From the IMG/VR virus record IMGVR_UViG_3300044468_000005, positions 1-48,780 of that record: a stretch of 48,780 nt of DNA; one strand, written 5' to 3'. Below are positions 17,678 to 28,025 of this stretch, in pieces. The translations under genes and the position numbers were made by a program. Each line of letters starts with the position of its first letter. Position 1 is the first letter of the stretch. Source of the DNA: a virus. Its lineage: Duplodnaviria > Caudoviricetes. Under the pieces are notes generated by a model. That model did not search any database. It was not told the DNA's origin and saw nothing but the letters and a program-made list of their open reading frames with translations.

Positions 17678-18513
17678 ACGATCACCTCGCGCGCGCTGAT
17701 CTCCGCCGACCAGTCATCCCCATGCGTATCGCCTACGTAGCGCACCTTTTCAATGCGCCACAATCCCAGGCCGATGACCTCGCTGATCACCTCGATCGGG
17801 TAGCCAGGCACGAGCCCCGGGACGATGCGCGCACGGCACGTCATCAGCCCCTTGCCGTCGATTTCAGGCACGCCCTCGAGCCCTGTGCCAGCCTGTAGGA
17901 CCACAGCGCGCACACCGATGAAGTCACCGTGCTTGATGGCCTGCAGTTCACCGTCCTGCACTGAGATTTCGAGCCCAGCCGAGCGCGCCAGACGGTCCAT
18001 CTGTTCGAACGCAGAGCCAGAGCCGGTCAGGCCTTTGGCAAACACGTCGCCGATGCCGTCCAGGTTGCCGCTCAGTAGCTCCTTGCCCACGTTGCCAATG
18101 CCGACCTTCATGTCTCGAGCAAGCTGCGAGACGGCCTGCTCGAGGCTGATGCCTGGCCGCATGCCTCGATTCGCGCGTGTCTTGCGCTTGGCTTTGTCGC
18201 CATCACCCGAGCGCAGCACGGTCACCCAGGACCCGTCACGCTCCGGGCGCGAGAAGCCTTCGCGCAGCTCGCCCACGAAGATCGTGCAGAGCCCTGTGTC
18301 CGCATAGCCAGCCTTGACGACAACTGGCACGCCCTCCTTCGCGTGAAACTTGCCCCTCGTCTCTGGGTGCAGGTTGTACAGCGCAATCTCAGCCGTGTTC
18401 GGCTCCTTCGCCAGCGTGCGGTCGATTGTGAAGCCGCAGCGCAGGGCCTCCACACCGAGACCCCCGACGGTGATTTCATAGGCGCGATTGCGCAGCTCGG
18501 CTGGCTCAGTCAT
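17674..18513 (-). CDS. Baseplate hub protein
   Basis: PNTAEIALYNL, AGY...IFVGE, ISVQDGEL and GDTHGDDW. Confidence 0.8.
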   Translation of the reverse strand: MTEPAELRNRAYEITVGGLGVEALRCGFTIDRTLAKEPNTAEIALYNLHPETRGKFHAKEGVPVVVKAGYADTGLCTIFVGELREGFSRPERDGSWVTVLRSGDGDKAKRKTRANRGMRPGISLEQAVSQLARDMKVGIGNVGKELLSGNLDGIGDVFAKGLTGSGSAFEQMDRLARSAGLEISVQDGELQAIKHGDFIGVRAVVLQAGTGLEGVPEIDGKGLMTCRARIVPGLVPGYPIEVISEVIGLGLWRIEKVRYVGDTHGDDWSAEISAREVIV

Positions 18514-18833
18514 AGCTCGGCCTCGGGTACGTAGACGACCTTGACCCGCTGACCCAGGTCACTCTGCGTAGGCTCGTCGCGCCCCTTGCTCGGGTCCACG
18601 ACATAGATGGGCCCAGGCGGGCGTCGCGAGGACATGGGGCACCGAGCGAGCAGATCGACGTTCAGGGCGACGCGCACGCCGCTCAGCAGCGGGCCATCCC
18701 TGTCGGCGATGCTGAACACCCAAGCCCCATCGCGTTCGTTCCATTGCCAGCGAATGTCATACGTCGAGCCGTCGAGCGATACGCGGGCGGTCCAGTCTGG
18801 GTAGCCATCAGTCGGTGTGGGAATGAGCAGCAT
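18510..18833 (-). CDS. Baseplate plug-like protein
   Basis: LDGSTYDIRWQWNERDGAW motif and synteny. Confidence 0.7.
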   Translation of the reverse strand: MLLIPTPTDGYPDWTARVSLDGSTYDIRWQWNERDGAWVFSIADRDGPLLSGVRVALNVDLLARCPMSSRRPPGPIYVVDPSKGRDEPTQSDLGQRVKVVYVPEAEL

Positions 18834-19555
18834 CAGCCGAAAATCGCTTTCTTGGCAGCTTCCTTGATGCCGTGCAGCAGGGTGTCCGTCTCCTTCTCGG
18901 TTTGCTTGTCAGCGGGCTCTGCCTGCTTGCGCCCCTCATCCTTCGGGCGCTTCGATCGTGGCTTCTTGGGTCGCGCGGGGATCTCGCGCGTAGACAAGAG
19001 CGCAAACGATACCTGCTGCAGGTCGATGTCGAAGCGCGGCGCGTTCGCCTGACCTGCATCACGGCGAATGCTGAGACTCTTGATCGCCATATTGTCGTAA
19101 TCGCCCATATCGGAGGCAAGCGTATAAATGCGCCCGGCAGTCATGCCATTGCGCAACTCGGCATAGACATTGGCCACGCGACGCACTGGGTTCCCAGGAG
19201 CGCCCCAAAGGCGCACTGCAGCGCGCACTGTGCTCTCATACGTCAATGGCACGCCAGCAAAGCTCGTTGGCGCCTTGTACAGATTCGCCCTCGGGATAAG
19301 TGGCTTCGACACCTTGATATCTACGCCGAGGGTCGATGTGACCCCATCCATCTGCGCTGTCATCTCGCGCGCAGGTTGGTTCGACACGTAGGCAGTGAGT
19401 CGCACGCTGATGGGCTCGACGCGAATATGGTCGACCAGGTCCACTCCGTACTCGACCGGATAGGATGTGATCGCAGCGTCATGGCTCATTTCCTCGACTT
19501 CGACTGCATCGAACTCGATGACGCCGCCCTCCCATTTCAGCACGCTGCGACTCAT
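18833..19555 (-). CDS. Dit-like tail/baseplate protein
   Basis: EEMSHDAAITSYPVEYG..DHI..EP and YDNMAIKSL; follows the tape measure gene. Confidence 0.75.
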   Translation of the reverse strand: MSRSVLKWEGGVIEFDAVEVEEMSHDAAITSYPVEYGVDLVDHIRVEPISVRLTAYVSNQPAREMTAQMDGVTSTLGVDIKVSKPLIPRANLYKAPTSFAGVPLTYESTVRAAVRLWGAPGNPVRRVANVYAELRNGMTAGRIYTLASDMGDYDNMAIKSLSIRRDAGQANAPRFDIDLQQVSFALLSTREIPARPKKPRSKRPKDEGRKQAEPADKQTEKETDTLLHGIKEAAKKAIFG

Positions 19556-21015
19556 GGAGGGCCGCCCTTGCCGCTGCCAGCCGTGCGCACCGTGTTCCTG
19601 TTCTGATCATCCTGCACGCGGCGCGCAGTGCGCTCGACCTCACGCAGTGTGTTCTTATCTGGGTTGCCATAGACGTTTACGACCATATTGGCGGCACCCT
19701 GCGCTGCCGCTGTCGCCATCGTGCCTACGGGCGCGCTGACATACTGCAGTCCTTTCAGCAGCGCGGGCGCATAGTCTGCGACGTCAACGGGTTTTTGGGG
19801 GATAGGGGCCCAGGGCCCGCCACCAGGCGGTGGCGGGGGAGGAGGGGGAGCAGGTGCCTTGCTCGCATGGCCTGTCGCCTTCCGTAGCGCCTCGGGCGTA
19901 TAGATGGCTGCCATGTTGTCGGCGAAGCGCCCCCAGGCATTATCCACGCCATGCAGCAAGTCATAGAACAGATTGCCAAGAGCCTTCATGTAGCCAGTCC
20001 ATGTGTGCACGACTAGCTTCCAGTTCTCCTCGCCGATCAGCGCTGTGAAGATGTCGCCAATGAGGCTCTCACGACCCTCGAGCGCTCCCCAGATGTCCTC
20101 GATCGCGAGCGCTACGAGGATCAGGCCGGCAGCGAATGCGATCATGGGTAGGCTCGCGAGCGCGAACTGGATGGCAAAGGGCGTCAGCAGCGCCCCCAGG
20201 GTGATCAGCGCTGCCTCGAATAGCTTACTCTTCGCAAATACTTCCTTCATGCCCACGGCCATGTCACTGAGCAGGCCGACGATGTCCGTCATGGGGCCCA
20301 GGATGATCGACCCCATGCCGATCTTCAGGTCCAGGATATTGGCTTCGAGGCGCTTCGTCATGTTGGCATAGCCGCCCGCTGTGCGCGCAGCGTCGCCTTG
20401 CTTATCGGCCGTATCCTTCAGGATCTTCTCATACCTGAGCATCATCTTTTCTTGCTCGGTCATCTGCTGCGTTGACTTCGTGATGCCCTTCGTGCGCGCG
20501 AACTCCTGCAGGGTGGCATCGCCGATGCTGATGCCCAGGATTTCCACGGCTTCCTTCGATCCGGTCAGGCCTGAGCGCAGGCGCGTCAGCGCCTCGTCAT
20601 CGGCCATGTTGAAAAACGAGCCCAGGTCGACAGCAAGCTTGGACAGCGTCTGCGACATCTCGGCAGATTGCTTGCGATTGCCGCCTAGCATGGGCGTTAG
20701 GAGCCCGCCGAGCTCGCCTGCCATCCTAATGAGCTGCGCGCTGCTGCGACCGACTTCTTGCCCTGTCGCCTTCGACCAATCGATCACCTGCTGCGAGTAG
20801 TCACCAAAGGACTGCGTCGCGACGTTCAGGCTCTCATTCGCATCGCTGGCTGCGCGTGTGACGTCGATGAGCCCTGCCGTGATCGCGCCAACGCCGATGC
20901 CGATACCGATGTTCGCTAAGGCGCTCTTGATGCTGTCAAGCCCGCCCTTAGCCTCCTGGAAGCCTTTCTTATCGACGTCGATGCCGAACACAGCCACGAG
21001 CTCGCGCAGAATCAT
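19552..21015 (-). CDS. Tape measure protein (short, 487 aa)
   Basis: Helical Ala/Gly-rich, AVDLGSFFN...LRSGLTG motif, hydrophobic segment; follows the chaperone genes. Confidence 0.85.
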   Translation of the reverse strand: MILRELVAVFGIDVDKKGFQEAKGGLDSIKSALANIGIGIGVGAITAGLIDVTRAASDANESLNVATQSFGDYSQQVIDWSKATGQEVGRSSAQLIRMAGELGGLLTPMLGGNRKQSAEMSQTLSKLAVDLGSFFNMADDEALTRLRSGLTGSKEAVEILGISIGDATLQEFARTKGITKSTQQMTEQEKMMLRYEKILKDTADKQGDAARTAGGYANMTKRLEANILDLKIGMGSIILGPMTDIVGLLSDMAVGMKEVFAKSKLFEAALITLGALLTPFAIQFALASLPMIAFAAGLILVALAIEDIWGALEGRESLIGDIFTALIGEENWKLVVHTWTGYMKALGNLFYDLLHGVDNAWGRFADNMAAIYTPEALRKATGHASKAPAPPPPPPPPGGGPWAPIPQKPVDVADYAPALLKGLQYVSAPVGTMATAAAQGAANMVVNVYGNPDKNTLREVERTARRVQDDQNRNTVRTAGSGKGGPP

Positions 21016-21290
21016 CGACCCCCCCTGGCGCGCCCCCGGCGCATGTGCTCTGCCTGCTTATCAGCCTGCTTATGCTGCAGGCGCTCGTACATGTTCAGCA
21101 CGTCGTGCGCGTCATAAGCGTCACGCAGTGACCAGCGCGCTTGGATATCTGTTAGGCCGTCCTGGTAGCGGCCTGACGATGCGATGCGGTGGAAAAACCA
21201 CTCATCCCCGACTGCGTCCGGGACCCGTTCGCTGACGACATCGCCTGCGCTCGCGCCTCCTTGGCCTGTTCCAGGACTGCGACGAAAAAA
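21012..21290 (-). CDS. Tail assembly chaperone extension (gpT-like) reached by -1 frameshift
   Basis: Slippery T-TTT-TTC at 21290-21284; the -1 frame is open to the tape measure start and contains WSLRDAYDAHDVL. Confidence 0.7.
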   Translation of the reverse strand, partial: FFRRSPGTGQGGASAGDVVSERVPDAVGDEWFFHRIASSGRYQDGLTDIQARWSLRDAYDAHDVLNMYERLQHKQADKQAEHMRRGRARGGR

Positions 21291-21685
21291 TCGCCACAGC
21301 TGAACTCCACGCATGCGCGCATCCAGACCGACCAGCGCGCGAGCCCCTTGCCAGCGCCAAACACCAGATCACGCACCTTCGTGATAGGCATCCAGCCTTC
21401 ACTGCCCGGGGTGTCCTCGATGACGGTCACCTTCTCGAAGGTCGCTGTCAGGTATTCGATCAGCTCATCATCGAGGCGCTCGAGAAACGCGCCTGTCGCT
21501 ATGATCTCGACCACCTGCGCCTCGGCGCCCCCTGCAGCAGCTGCCCCAGCTGCTTCCCGGATGGCGATGCCGATCATGTTCAACAGACGCCTGGCGACGC
21601 CGCGCGCATCCTTCGCGCCTAGCTGCTGAATGCGCACTCGACGGCCCTCGAGGCCCTCGAGCTCTATTTCCCGCGTTTCGATCAC
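21152..21685 (-). CDS. Tail assembly chaperone (gpG-like)
   Basis: Located between tube and tape measure genes; contains GDFF at the slippery site. Confidence 0.75.
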   Translation of the reverse strand: MIETREIELEGLEGRRVRIQQLGAKDARGVARRLLNMIGIAIREAAGAAAAGGAEAQVVEIIATGAFLERLDDELIEYLTATFEKVTVIEDTPGSEGWMPITKVRDLVFGAGKGLARWSVWMRACVEFSCGDFFVAVLEQAKEARAQAMSSANGSRTQSGMSGFSTASHRQAATRTA

Positions 21686-21727
21686 GACTGCCCCCTATGT
21701 CACTCGTGCGCGCTACCCAGCGCGCCT

Positions 21728-22147
21728 CTAGCCGTATTTCAGCTCGGTGTTCGTGAGGCGCACCTTCCATTCGCGCGCGCTGGCCTGTGCCCCGTAGCTG
21801 ATATCAGGCGGACGCATGAGGTAGGCGTCCGGGCTGCTCACAGTCTCGCCTGTCTCGTTGTCGCGCAAGAGCACCGGGAACACGCCTACTGAGCCCCCTC
21901 CGCGCTTGCGCAGGTTGTAGAGCTGCTCGAGCTTCTGGTTTTCGTCAGACGTGTGCATTAGCTTGAGGGTCAGCGTCGAGCGCGCGTCATTCGAGACGCT
22001 CGCAGACACTTCACCATCGACGCCTACCACGTCGGTCACAGCGTCAGCTTCCCACTCGAGCGTAATGAATTCATCTTCCGCCCAGCCCGACGCGATCAGC
22101 AGCCCGCCCAAACTGCAGCTCACTTTCTGCGGGTGATAGTTTTTCAT
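21728..22147 (-). CDS. Tail tube protein (DUF3277-like)
   Basis: YHPQKV...VGVDGEV...TLKLMHTSDEN...REW. Confidence 0.85.
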   Translation of the reverse strand: MKNYHPQKVSCSLGGLLIASGWAEDEFITLEWEADAVTDVVGVDGEVSASVSNDARSTLTLKLMHTSDENQKLEQLYNLRKRGGGSVGVFPVLLRDNETGETVSSPDAYLMRPPDISYGAQASAREWKVRLTNTELKYG

Positions 22148-22161
22148 CGTCAGTCACCCTT

Positions 22162-23514
22162 TCAGATGTTCATGTACACATTGATGGTATCGACGCTGTG
22201 CACTGCACCCGTCGCACGAAAAAACGCTGTGACGCCGGTCCAGCGGCGCGCAGCGCGGTCCGCCGTAGGCACTTCGGCTGCAGCCGGCACGTCGATACCC
22301 CACGACTCGCCATCGGTGTCGATCGAGCCGTTGCGTTGCCCGAGCTCGATGACGCTCTTGATGCCGCCATAGATGAGCGCACCGCCGCCCTCATCCGTGA
22401 ATGGCACCTTCGCGTTGGCAGCGAGCCCGCTGAATACGTTCTCTTTCACGCGCGCAGCAAACCAGTCGCTCAGCTGCGTCAGGTCGAGATACGTGCCGTC
22501 AGCTGCTGCGCCCTCACCAGCGATATTCGTCCCCAGGATCGTCGAGTAGAAAGCCAGGTTCTTGCCTGTCGCGATCGACTCTTGGTTCGCGGTCAACTTG
22601 TCAGCGCTCACGCCGCGGAGCGTCTTGAACTTCCATGTTGCAGCCCCAGGCTCATAGGGGAGCATTTTCCCGATCCATGCAGCGCCTGCGAACTCGAGCG
22701 TGCGCGACTGATAGAGCAGCATGGTACGCGCATATCCCTTGGTCTGGAGGCGCGAGGCGATGTCGTCAGTCGCCGACGTCAATGCTTCCTGGTCAGCCGT
22801 CTGCGGCACGAAGATCACAGGCTTCGACTCGACCCAATCAGCGCACTCTTCGATGGCAGCCGGAGCCCCTGAGACCAGGCAGAGCCCGTACCAGTCGCTG
22901 TTATTGGCCCAGATCGCATCAAGGTCATTCGTGATGGTCGCAGCAGGATTGACGGGGACCGTCGTGACCTCTGTCAGCTGCAGCGACGGTGATAGCGAGT
23001 GATAGGACAGCAGCACGTTCGGCGCATCAGCAGCGATGGCCACATGGGATGCGCCATCAGTCGCTGTAATGGGGGCTGTCAGGGTTCCGACCGAGGCGAC
23101 GAGCCCAGCCACAATGCTTGCGATGGTGTCGGCCAGGCCCTCGGTATAGCTAGCTGTCTCGACGGTGCCATCCGCCTGCTCGACCTGGAACGAATGCACG
23201 AAGTCTTTGCCGGCGACGACGGGTGCGATCTGCACAGTCTGCGTTTCAGAGCTCGAGCGACGGCCCACCAGAAACGACTTTGGCCGAGGGTTCTGCGCCA
23301 TCAGCGCGCCTGCGGCCAAGTAGATCGGGTGCGTGTCATACCCTGGGCCCAGGTCAGTTGCGAGCTGCGTTGACCAACTCGAGGCTTTGTATGCGCGCAC
23401 GCGGTCCGAGTAGGCGTTGTGATAGCCGAACAGGAGCGGCGTACCGAAGCCTTTCTGCGAGACCGTCGCTGAGGCGATGGTGACGATCACGTTGACAATG
23501 TCTTCCAGGGCCAT
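22162..23514 (-). CDS. Tail sheath protein (DUF3383-like)
   Basis: IVNVIV..GFGTPL, TWKFKTLRGV, KVPFTDEG and GAVHSV. Confidence 0.9.
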   Translation of the reverse strand: MALEDIVNVIVTIASATVSQKGFGTPLLFGYHNAYSDRVRAYKASSWSTQLATDLGPGYDTHPIYLAAGALMAQNPRPKSFLVGRRSSSETQTVQIAPVVAGKDFVHSFQVEQADGTVETASYTEGLADTIASIVAGLVASVGTLTAPITATDGASHVAIAADAPNVLLSYHSLSPSLQLTEVTTVPVNPAATITNDLDAIWANNSDWYGLCLVSGAPAAIEECADWVESKPVIFVPQTADQEALTSATDDIASRLQTKGYARTMLLYQSRTLEFAGAAWIGKMLPYEPGAATWKFKTLRGVSADKLTANQESIATGKNLAFYSTILGTNIAGEGAAADGTYLDLTQLSDWFAARVKENVFSGLAANAKVPFTDEGGGALIYGGIKSVIELGQRNGSIDTDGESWGIDVPAAAEVPTADRAARRWTGVTAFFRATGAVHSVDTINVYMNI

Positions 23515-23523
23515 GGCGACTCC

Positions 23524-24099
23524 TTACGGGACGACAAGGGGCGGCTCGCCGTTGAGCGCGATCTCCGCGCTCTCGACGTAATCCAGGGTGGTGCTCGCGC
23601 TCGCAGGGGCGAACGTCAGGTCAGACAGCACAGCGAAAAACGCCTCGAGGATAGCGACAGACTCGACGCGCCCCTCATAGTCGAACTTGATGATCTGTAG
23701 CCGCTCATGCGAGCGCTCGAAGGCGACGCCCGCAGCGACGAAGGGCTCAAGCATCACCGGGTGATAGAGTGATGATCGGAGCTTCTCGAGATACCAGCGC
23801 GCAGAGCGCAGCGCCGACTGGTCACGCGAGCGGATGCGCGCTTCGAGCGTGAACGACATGAGGCCCGTCACATGTGGCCCTAGCATAGTCCGACCGCCTA
23901 CCACGACCTCGTCATAAGTGACGTCAGGCTGCCCGACAGGCGTTTCATTCTCGATGCTCAGTTCGAGATAGGGCGCGCGAATCACGCCTTTCGCCTTGTC
24001 ACGCCAGACGATCTGATCGGCGCCGCCCAGGTCCGTACTCAGCACGCTGGTCGCCCAGGTGAGCGCTGCTGCTTCGACCGCGTCCCATGCCACGGTCAT
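23524..24099 (-). CDS. Neck / tail terminator protein
   Basis: Size and position directly upstream of the sheath gene. Confidence 0.65.
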   Translation of the reverse strand: MTVAWDAVEAAALTWATSVLSTDLGGADQIVWRDKAKGVIRAPYLELSIENETPVGQPDVTYDEVVVGGRTMLGPHVTGLMSFTLEARIRSRDQSALRSARWYLEKLRSSLYHPVMLEPFVAAGVAFERSHERLQIIKFDYEGRVESVAILEAFFAVLSDLTFAPASASTTLDYVESAEIALNGEPPLVVP

Positions 24100-24629
24100 G
24101 ACTCGGGCCTCTTGTCGTAGATGACCGACACGATCGACGCGCGCAGCTGCCCCGTATCGATCAGGGGCGTCGACTTATCGTGCCCCTTGCGGTCGAGCGT
24201 GCTTTCGGCAAGGGGGGGCGGAATGCCCTGGGCGATGCGCTGCTTGATGTCGCCCTCGACCAGCAGCCCGAAGCGCTTCAGCGGCGTGCTCTGCTGGGCA
24301 GCCCAAGTGCCATCGTTCGCAGCGATAGCGCGCTGCAGGGCAGCAGCGAAGGCCGTGCGCGTGGCATCGCGATACTTGGCTCGATGCTGGTCGAACGTCG
24401 CGCGAATGAAGCTGCGCTCAGGCACGCCCAGACCCATCTCATGCTTGACGGCGATCTCGGCGACCGTCTCGTTAGCGTTGACATGTCGCTCGACAGCAGC
24501 CTTGCCAGCGACGCCCACCGCTACGAAGGGCGGCGACGCGGCGAAGTTGCGCACGAAGGCTTGCATCGCAGCGAAGCCTCTGTCTGTTTCCCGGATGGTG
24601 ATATGCGGTTTGACGGCTGGCTTTGTCAC
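24096..24629 (-). CDS. Neck / virion morphogenesis protein
   Basis: HEMG..VPERSFIR and PPLAEST..K..STPLIDTGQLRASI. Confidence 0.8.
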   Translation of the reverse strand: MTKPAVKPHITIRETDRGFAAMQAFVRNFAASPPFVAVGVAGKAAVERHVNANETVAEIAVKHEMGLGVPERSFIRATFDQHRAKYRDATRTAFAAALQRAIAANDGTWAAQQSTPLKRFGLLVEGDIKQRIAQGIPPPLAESTLDRKGHDKSTPLIDTGQLRASIVSVIYDKRPES

Positions 24630-24913
24630 GGCAGCACCGCATTCGAACATGAGCCGAAGAAGCGCACACGACCCTGCGCTAGCAGCTTGTCGTAGGCGCC
24701 CAAGTACGGCGACCCAGCAGCGCGCGCTGCAGGCTCTGAGAGCGGGCTCAGCCAGAGCAAGTGCGCCGTCAAGAGCTTCGCTGCAGTGTCCTGCAGGTCG
24801 CCCCAGGCAGCGCCCGCACGCAGGTAGGCTTCATCCAGCTTGAACTGCACCGTCGCATCGTCGAGCGACGCGAACTCGGTGTATTCCGCCTTGAACTCCG
24901 CTGGTGTAACCAT
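24626..24913 (-). CDS. Head-tail connector (DUF4054-like)
   Basis: FKAEYTEF, LLTAHLL and SPYLGAY. Confidence 0.75.
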   Translation of the reverse strand: MVTPAEFKAEYTEFASLDDATVQFKLDEAYLRAGAAWGDLQDTAAKLLTAHLLWLSPLSEPAARAAGSPYLGAYDKLLAQGRVRFFGSCSNAVLP

Positions 24914-24948
24914 GACGCAGCCGCCCCCCGTTGGCTCGCGTGCCTAGT

Positions 24949-25230
24949 TCACTCGTCATGCCCCCAGCGCCGCTTGCGCTCGGGCTTGGCCGGCGCATCG
25001 GGCACGTGGCTCGGCGTATCGCTCGGCGGCGTCGCTGGGACCTGGTCCTCGGCGCTCGGAATCAGGTCTTGCCCCTCGGCTGGCACGATCCACTCGAGAT
25101 CTCGATAGCTCTGCGGAATCTCCTCGAGCTCAGCGTCGAACACTTCGCCAGGGTTGACGAGGCGTGGCTGATCGGCTGACTGCCAGTTCAGCCCTAGCCG
25201 AGATGCTTTGTTATTGATCCAGCGCGCCAT
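24949..25230 (-). CDS. Hypothetical protein downstream of the capsid gene
   Basis: ORF with RBS in the structural operon. Confidence 0.6.
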   Translation of the reverse strand: MARWINNKASRLGLNWQSADQPRLVNPGEVFDAELEEIPQSYRDLEWIVPAEGQDLIPSAEDQVPATPPSDTPSHVPDAPAKPERKRRWGHDE

Positions 25231-25240
25231 GGTGTGCCCC

Positions 25241-26293
25241 TTACACGAAGTCCATGTAGGCCGCGCCCAGCGGCTTTTTGAAGAAAATCCCGCCGAAGCG
25301 GCTTTCGCACGGCACCTTCCAGCAGAAGTTCACCTTCTGCGGCGCATCCGCCTCGAAGGGCAGGGGCTCGACTAGACGCACGACATCGGGCGCTGATCGC
25401 AGGAACATCACACGCTGCCCTGTACCCGCTGCGTCTGCTGTAGCGCACTGATTCCACGCATATAGTTCGACCGGCTGCTGCATCTCGCTCTGCGACCGGA
25501 TGAACTCCTGAAGCACCGTGGTCTGATTCTCGCTTGTGGCAATCAAAGGCTTGTGGCTGATGGCCTCGAGAGCCTCGATCGGCATATACACCCGGTTCGG
25601 CCGATGCACGCCCCTCGATTGCGTGTAGACAGTGGAAATGCCTACGCGCAGGTCCTTCAGGATCTCCACCCCCGTCTTGTCAGGGCCGGTCCACTTGCGA
25701 TCGGTGCCTGACGCAGGCGCAGAAGCCTGCAGCACGGTGACGTTAGCGTTCTTCAGCACACCGGGCAGGCCGTAGCGCGTATCGCCAAGCGCAGCGATTG
25801 CGTCCTTCTTGCGCTCCATCATCTCCTGACAGAGCTGGATGCGCTCGACATCGAGCAGGGCGTCGCTGTAGCCCTTACGCCTGGCGACCATCACCTTGCG
25901 CAGGTCTTGCTTCGTATATTCGAACGCGTTCCCGAGCGAGCGAATGACCCCGGTGTTGATCTTCATGAACGCGCTGACGTTCGGCAGATCGTCGCCATAG
26001 TTGGCGATAATCTTGGCCATGCCGGCCACATCCCATTCCTGCCACTCGTACGTCTCTTCGCCCGGGTCGATGCCATCCTGCAGTGGTGCGACGCCTCGAA
26101 ACGCGAGGTCAGGGTAATCGTAGCGCACTGCCTCGAGCCCGGTAGAGACCAGGGCGCGCGATAGGATTTGCACCTCGTTCGCATCGGCGCGTCGCTGATC
26201 GCCTTCGAGGGTGACAGCCTCGTCAGCCATCTGCTGCAGGGCGGGCGAGCCGCGGCCCCAGCGCGCGAAAGGATTGGCCGGTAGCATTACCAC
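25241..26293 (-). CDS. Major capsid protein (DUF2184 family, HK97 fold)
   Basis: GMAKIIANYGDDLP, LPGVLKNANV and RFGGIFFKKP. Confidence 0.9.
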   Translation of the reverse strand: MVMLPANPFARWGRGSPALQQMADEAVTLEGDQRRADANEVQILSRALVSTGLEAVRYDYPDLAFRGVAPLQDGIDPGEETYEWQEWDVAGMAKIIANYGDDLPNVSAFMKINTGVIRSLGNAFEYTKQDLRKVMVARRKGYSDALLDVERIQLCQEMMERKKDAIAALGDTRYGLPGVLKNANVTVLQASAPASGTDRKWTGPDKTGVEILKDLRVGISTVYTQSRGVHRPNRVYMPIEALEAISHKPLIATSENQTTVLQEFIRSQSEMQQPVELYAWNQCATADAAGTGQRVMFLRSAPDVVRLVEPLPFEADAPQKVNFCWKVPCESRFGGIFFKKPLGAAYMDFV

Positions 26294-26775
26294 ACCTCCA
26301 CGATAGCCAGGCCTGCGCCTGTCGTTGACGTGACGAAGCGCGCGTTTGGCACCTGCGCAGCGGTCGCCGTGTCAGCGTCGGCTCGCACCTTGCCGAGCTG
26401 CGTATTGCCGCCGCTCGCAGTGAAGCGCGCGAAGACAGCGCCTTCCTGCGTCACGGCGCCCTCGGTCAAGCACCAGATATAACCCTTGCGCATGACAGCG
26501 ATGACGTCGCCCTTGGCATACATCACAGTCTGCGTGCCGCCTGTGCCGCCCCAGGTCGGGTCGCGATGCACGAAGCCTACGCCAGTCGCCGTGACATCCG
26601 TCGAGGCAGCAGGCAGCTTGACCGCATCTTCGGCTGACCTCGTGACGAAGATGCCAGCTGGCAGGCCGTTGGTTTCGTCGCAGATGTATGAGTGCTCGCT
26701 GCGCGGCAGCTCTGGATAGGCGTGATCGCCAGCGAAAGCGACGGGCGGCGTGTTTTGCACGACGGTCTGCGGCAT
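26287..26775 (-). CDS. Capsid decoration/cement protein
   Basis: VMRKGYIW motif; lies between DUF2213 and the capsid gene. Confidence 0.8.
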   Translation of the reverse strand: MPQTVVQNTPPVAFAGDHAYPELPRSEHSYICDETNGLPAGIFVTRSAEDAVKLPAASTDVTATGVGFVHRDPTWGGTGGTQTVMYAKGDVIAVMRKGYIWCLTEGAVTQEGAVFARFTASGGNTQLGKVRADADTATAAQVPNARFVTSTTGAGLAIVEVW

Positions 26776-26778
26776 GGC

Positions 26779-27936
26779 TCAGCCCCCCTTCTTTTGCTGG
26801 GTAAGGCCTCGGTGAATCGAGCGCCTGCGCTCTTCGATGTCGCGCAGCTTCGAGTCAAACTCATCTTCGCGAAGCTCTGCGCTGCCTTCAGTTGCGCGCC
26901 CCACGATAGCGAGGCCCTGGTTCTTAGGCGTTGCTTTTGCGATGGCGTAGTCGAACGCTGCGCTCACAGCATCGTCCGTGCGCCCCTCGCAAGCGAACTC
27001 CGGGGCAGATGCCTTGATGACGCGCTCGCGGATTTCGCGGTCCGATAGCGCATCGAAGCGCTCAGCGTCGCCGAGCACCTTCGCTGCAGAACGCTCGAGC
27101 GCCACGCGCGCCTGCACGGCAGTTAGCACGCGCTTCGGGTCCTGCGCGCTGGCGAGCTCGCCCTTCAGCACGTCGCGCTGCGCCTCGGCCTGGTCGGCTC
27201 GGGTCTTGTGGGTATCGCGGTCAGCGATCACCTTCTCGACTACGGCGGCTGACGGGTCGGGAATCTCGTACTCGACCCCGTCGATGCGGACCTTTCGCAT
27301 AGGCAATACCTCATCAGCTCCGGGCGCTCGTGCGCCGCCATCTGTGCACTTAACGTCGACAGCTTCGTCGAGCTCCGCATCGTCTGCGTCGAGCCGCATG
27401 CGCACGTCACTGCCAGCGCGCCCCTGTCCGGGCGGCAACATGGCGGCGTGGTTGTAGACGATGTCGCGCTGGACCTGATCGTAGCTTTCGCCCTCATACT
27501 CGCCGGGCGTCGCGTCAATGCGGCATGTGTAACCGAGCGAGATTTCGGTCAGCTCACGCTTCGTGACTGCAGCAATAGCCGCCGCGCGGCGCACGGATAG
27601 TGTCGCGTCGACAAATTTGCCGTCTTGCCTGGCGCGATCGACGATGCCGACCTCGAGCGCTTCGGCGTTGGCTGCCGACACAAACTCGCTGGGATGCCCG
27701 ACCGTGACAGGTGCAGCTCGGAGCGTCGCAAGGCTGTCCTCCCTGAACACCTCATCCGGGTGACGAAGCTCCCGCACCGTCGACCCATCCGCACGCCGGT
27801 ATCGAAAGACACCGGTCCGGCTGAGGTACGCTGGCAGCTCGAGAAAGCCTCGCGCGTCATGCCGAGCGGCTTTCCCTAGCGCTACTGCGTCGAACCGGCG
27901 AGCCTGCACGACGGGGAGCGTGCGCGCGCTTTGCAA
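26779..27936 (-). CDS. DUF2213 prohead protease/scaffold
   Basis: RTGVFRY, APVTVGHP, EISLGY and NHAAML..GRAG..RLD followed by a coiled coil. Confidence 0.9.
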   Translation of the reverse strand: MQSARTLPVVQARRFDAVALGKAARHDARGFLELPAYLSRTGVFRYRRADGSTVRELRHPDEVFREDSLATLRAAPVTVGHPSEFVSAANAEALEVGIVDRARQDGKFVDATLSVRRAAAIAAVTKRELTEISLGYTCRIDATPGEYEGESYDQVQRDIVYNHAAMLPPGQGRAGSDVRMRLDADDAELDEAVDVKCTDGGARAPGADEVLPMRKVRIDGVEYEIPDPSAAVVEKVIADRDTHKTRADQAEAQRDVLKGELASAQDPKRVLTAVQARVALERSAAKVLGDAERFDALSDREIRERVIKASAPEFACEGRTDDAVSAAFDYAIAKATPKNQGLAIVGRATEGSAELREDEFDSKLRDIEERRRSIHRGLTQQKKGG

Positions 27937-28025
27937 GGGTTTCGCGCGTGGCTGGCCCTACGCTCCCTGGCATTCCCTAGCGCGCCCGCACGCGGCCCGC
28001 TCTTGCCCGAGCAGGCGACTGCATG

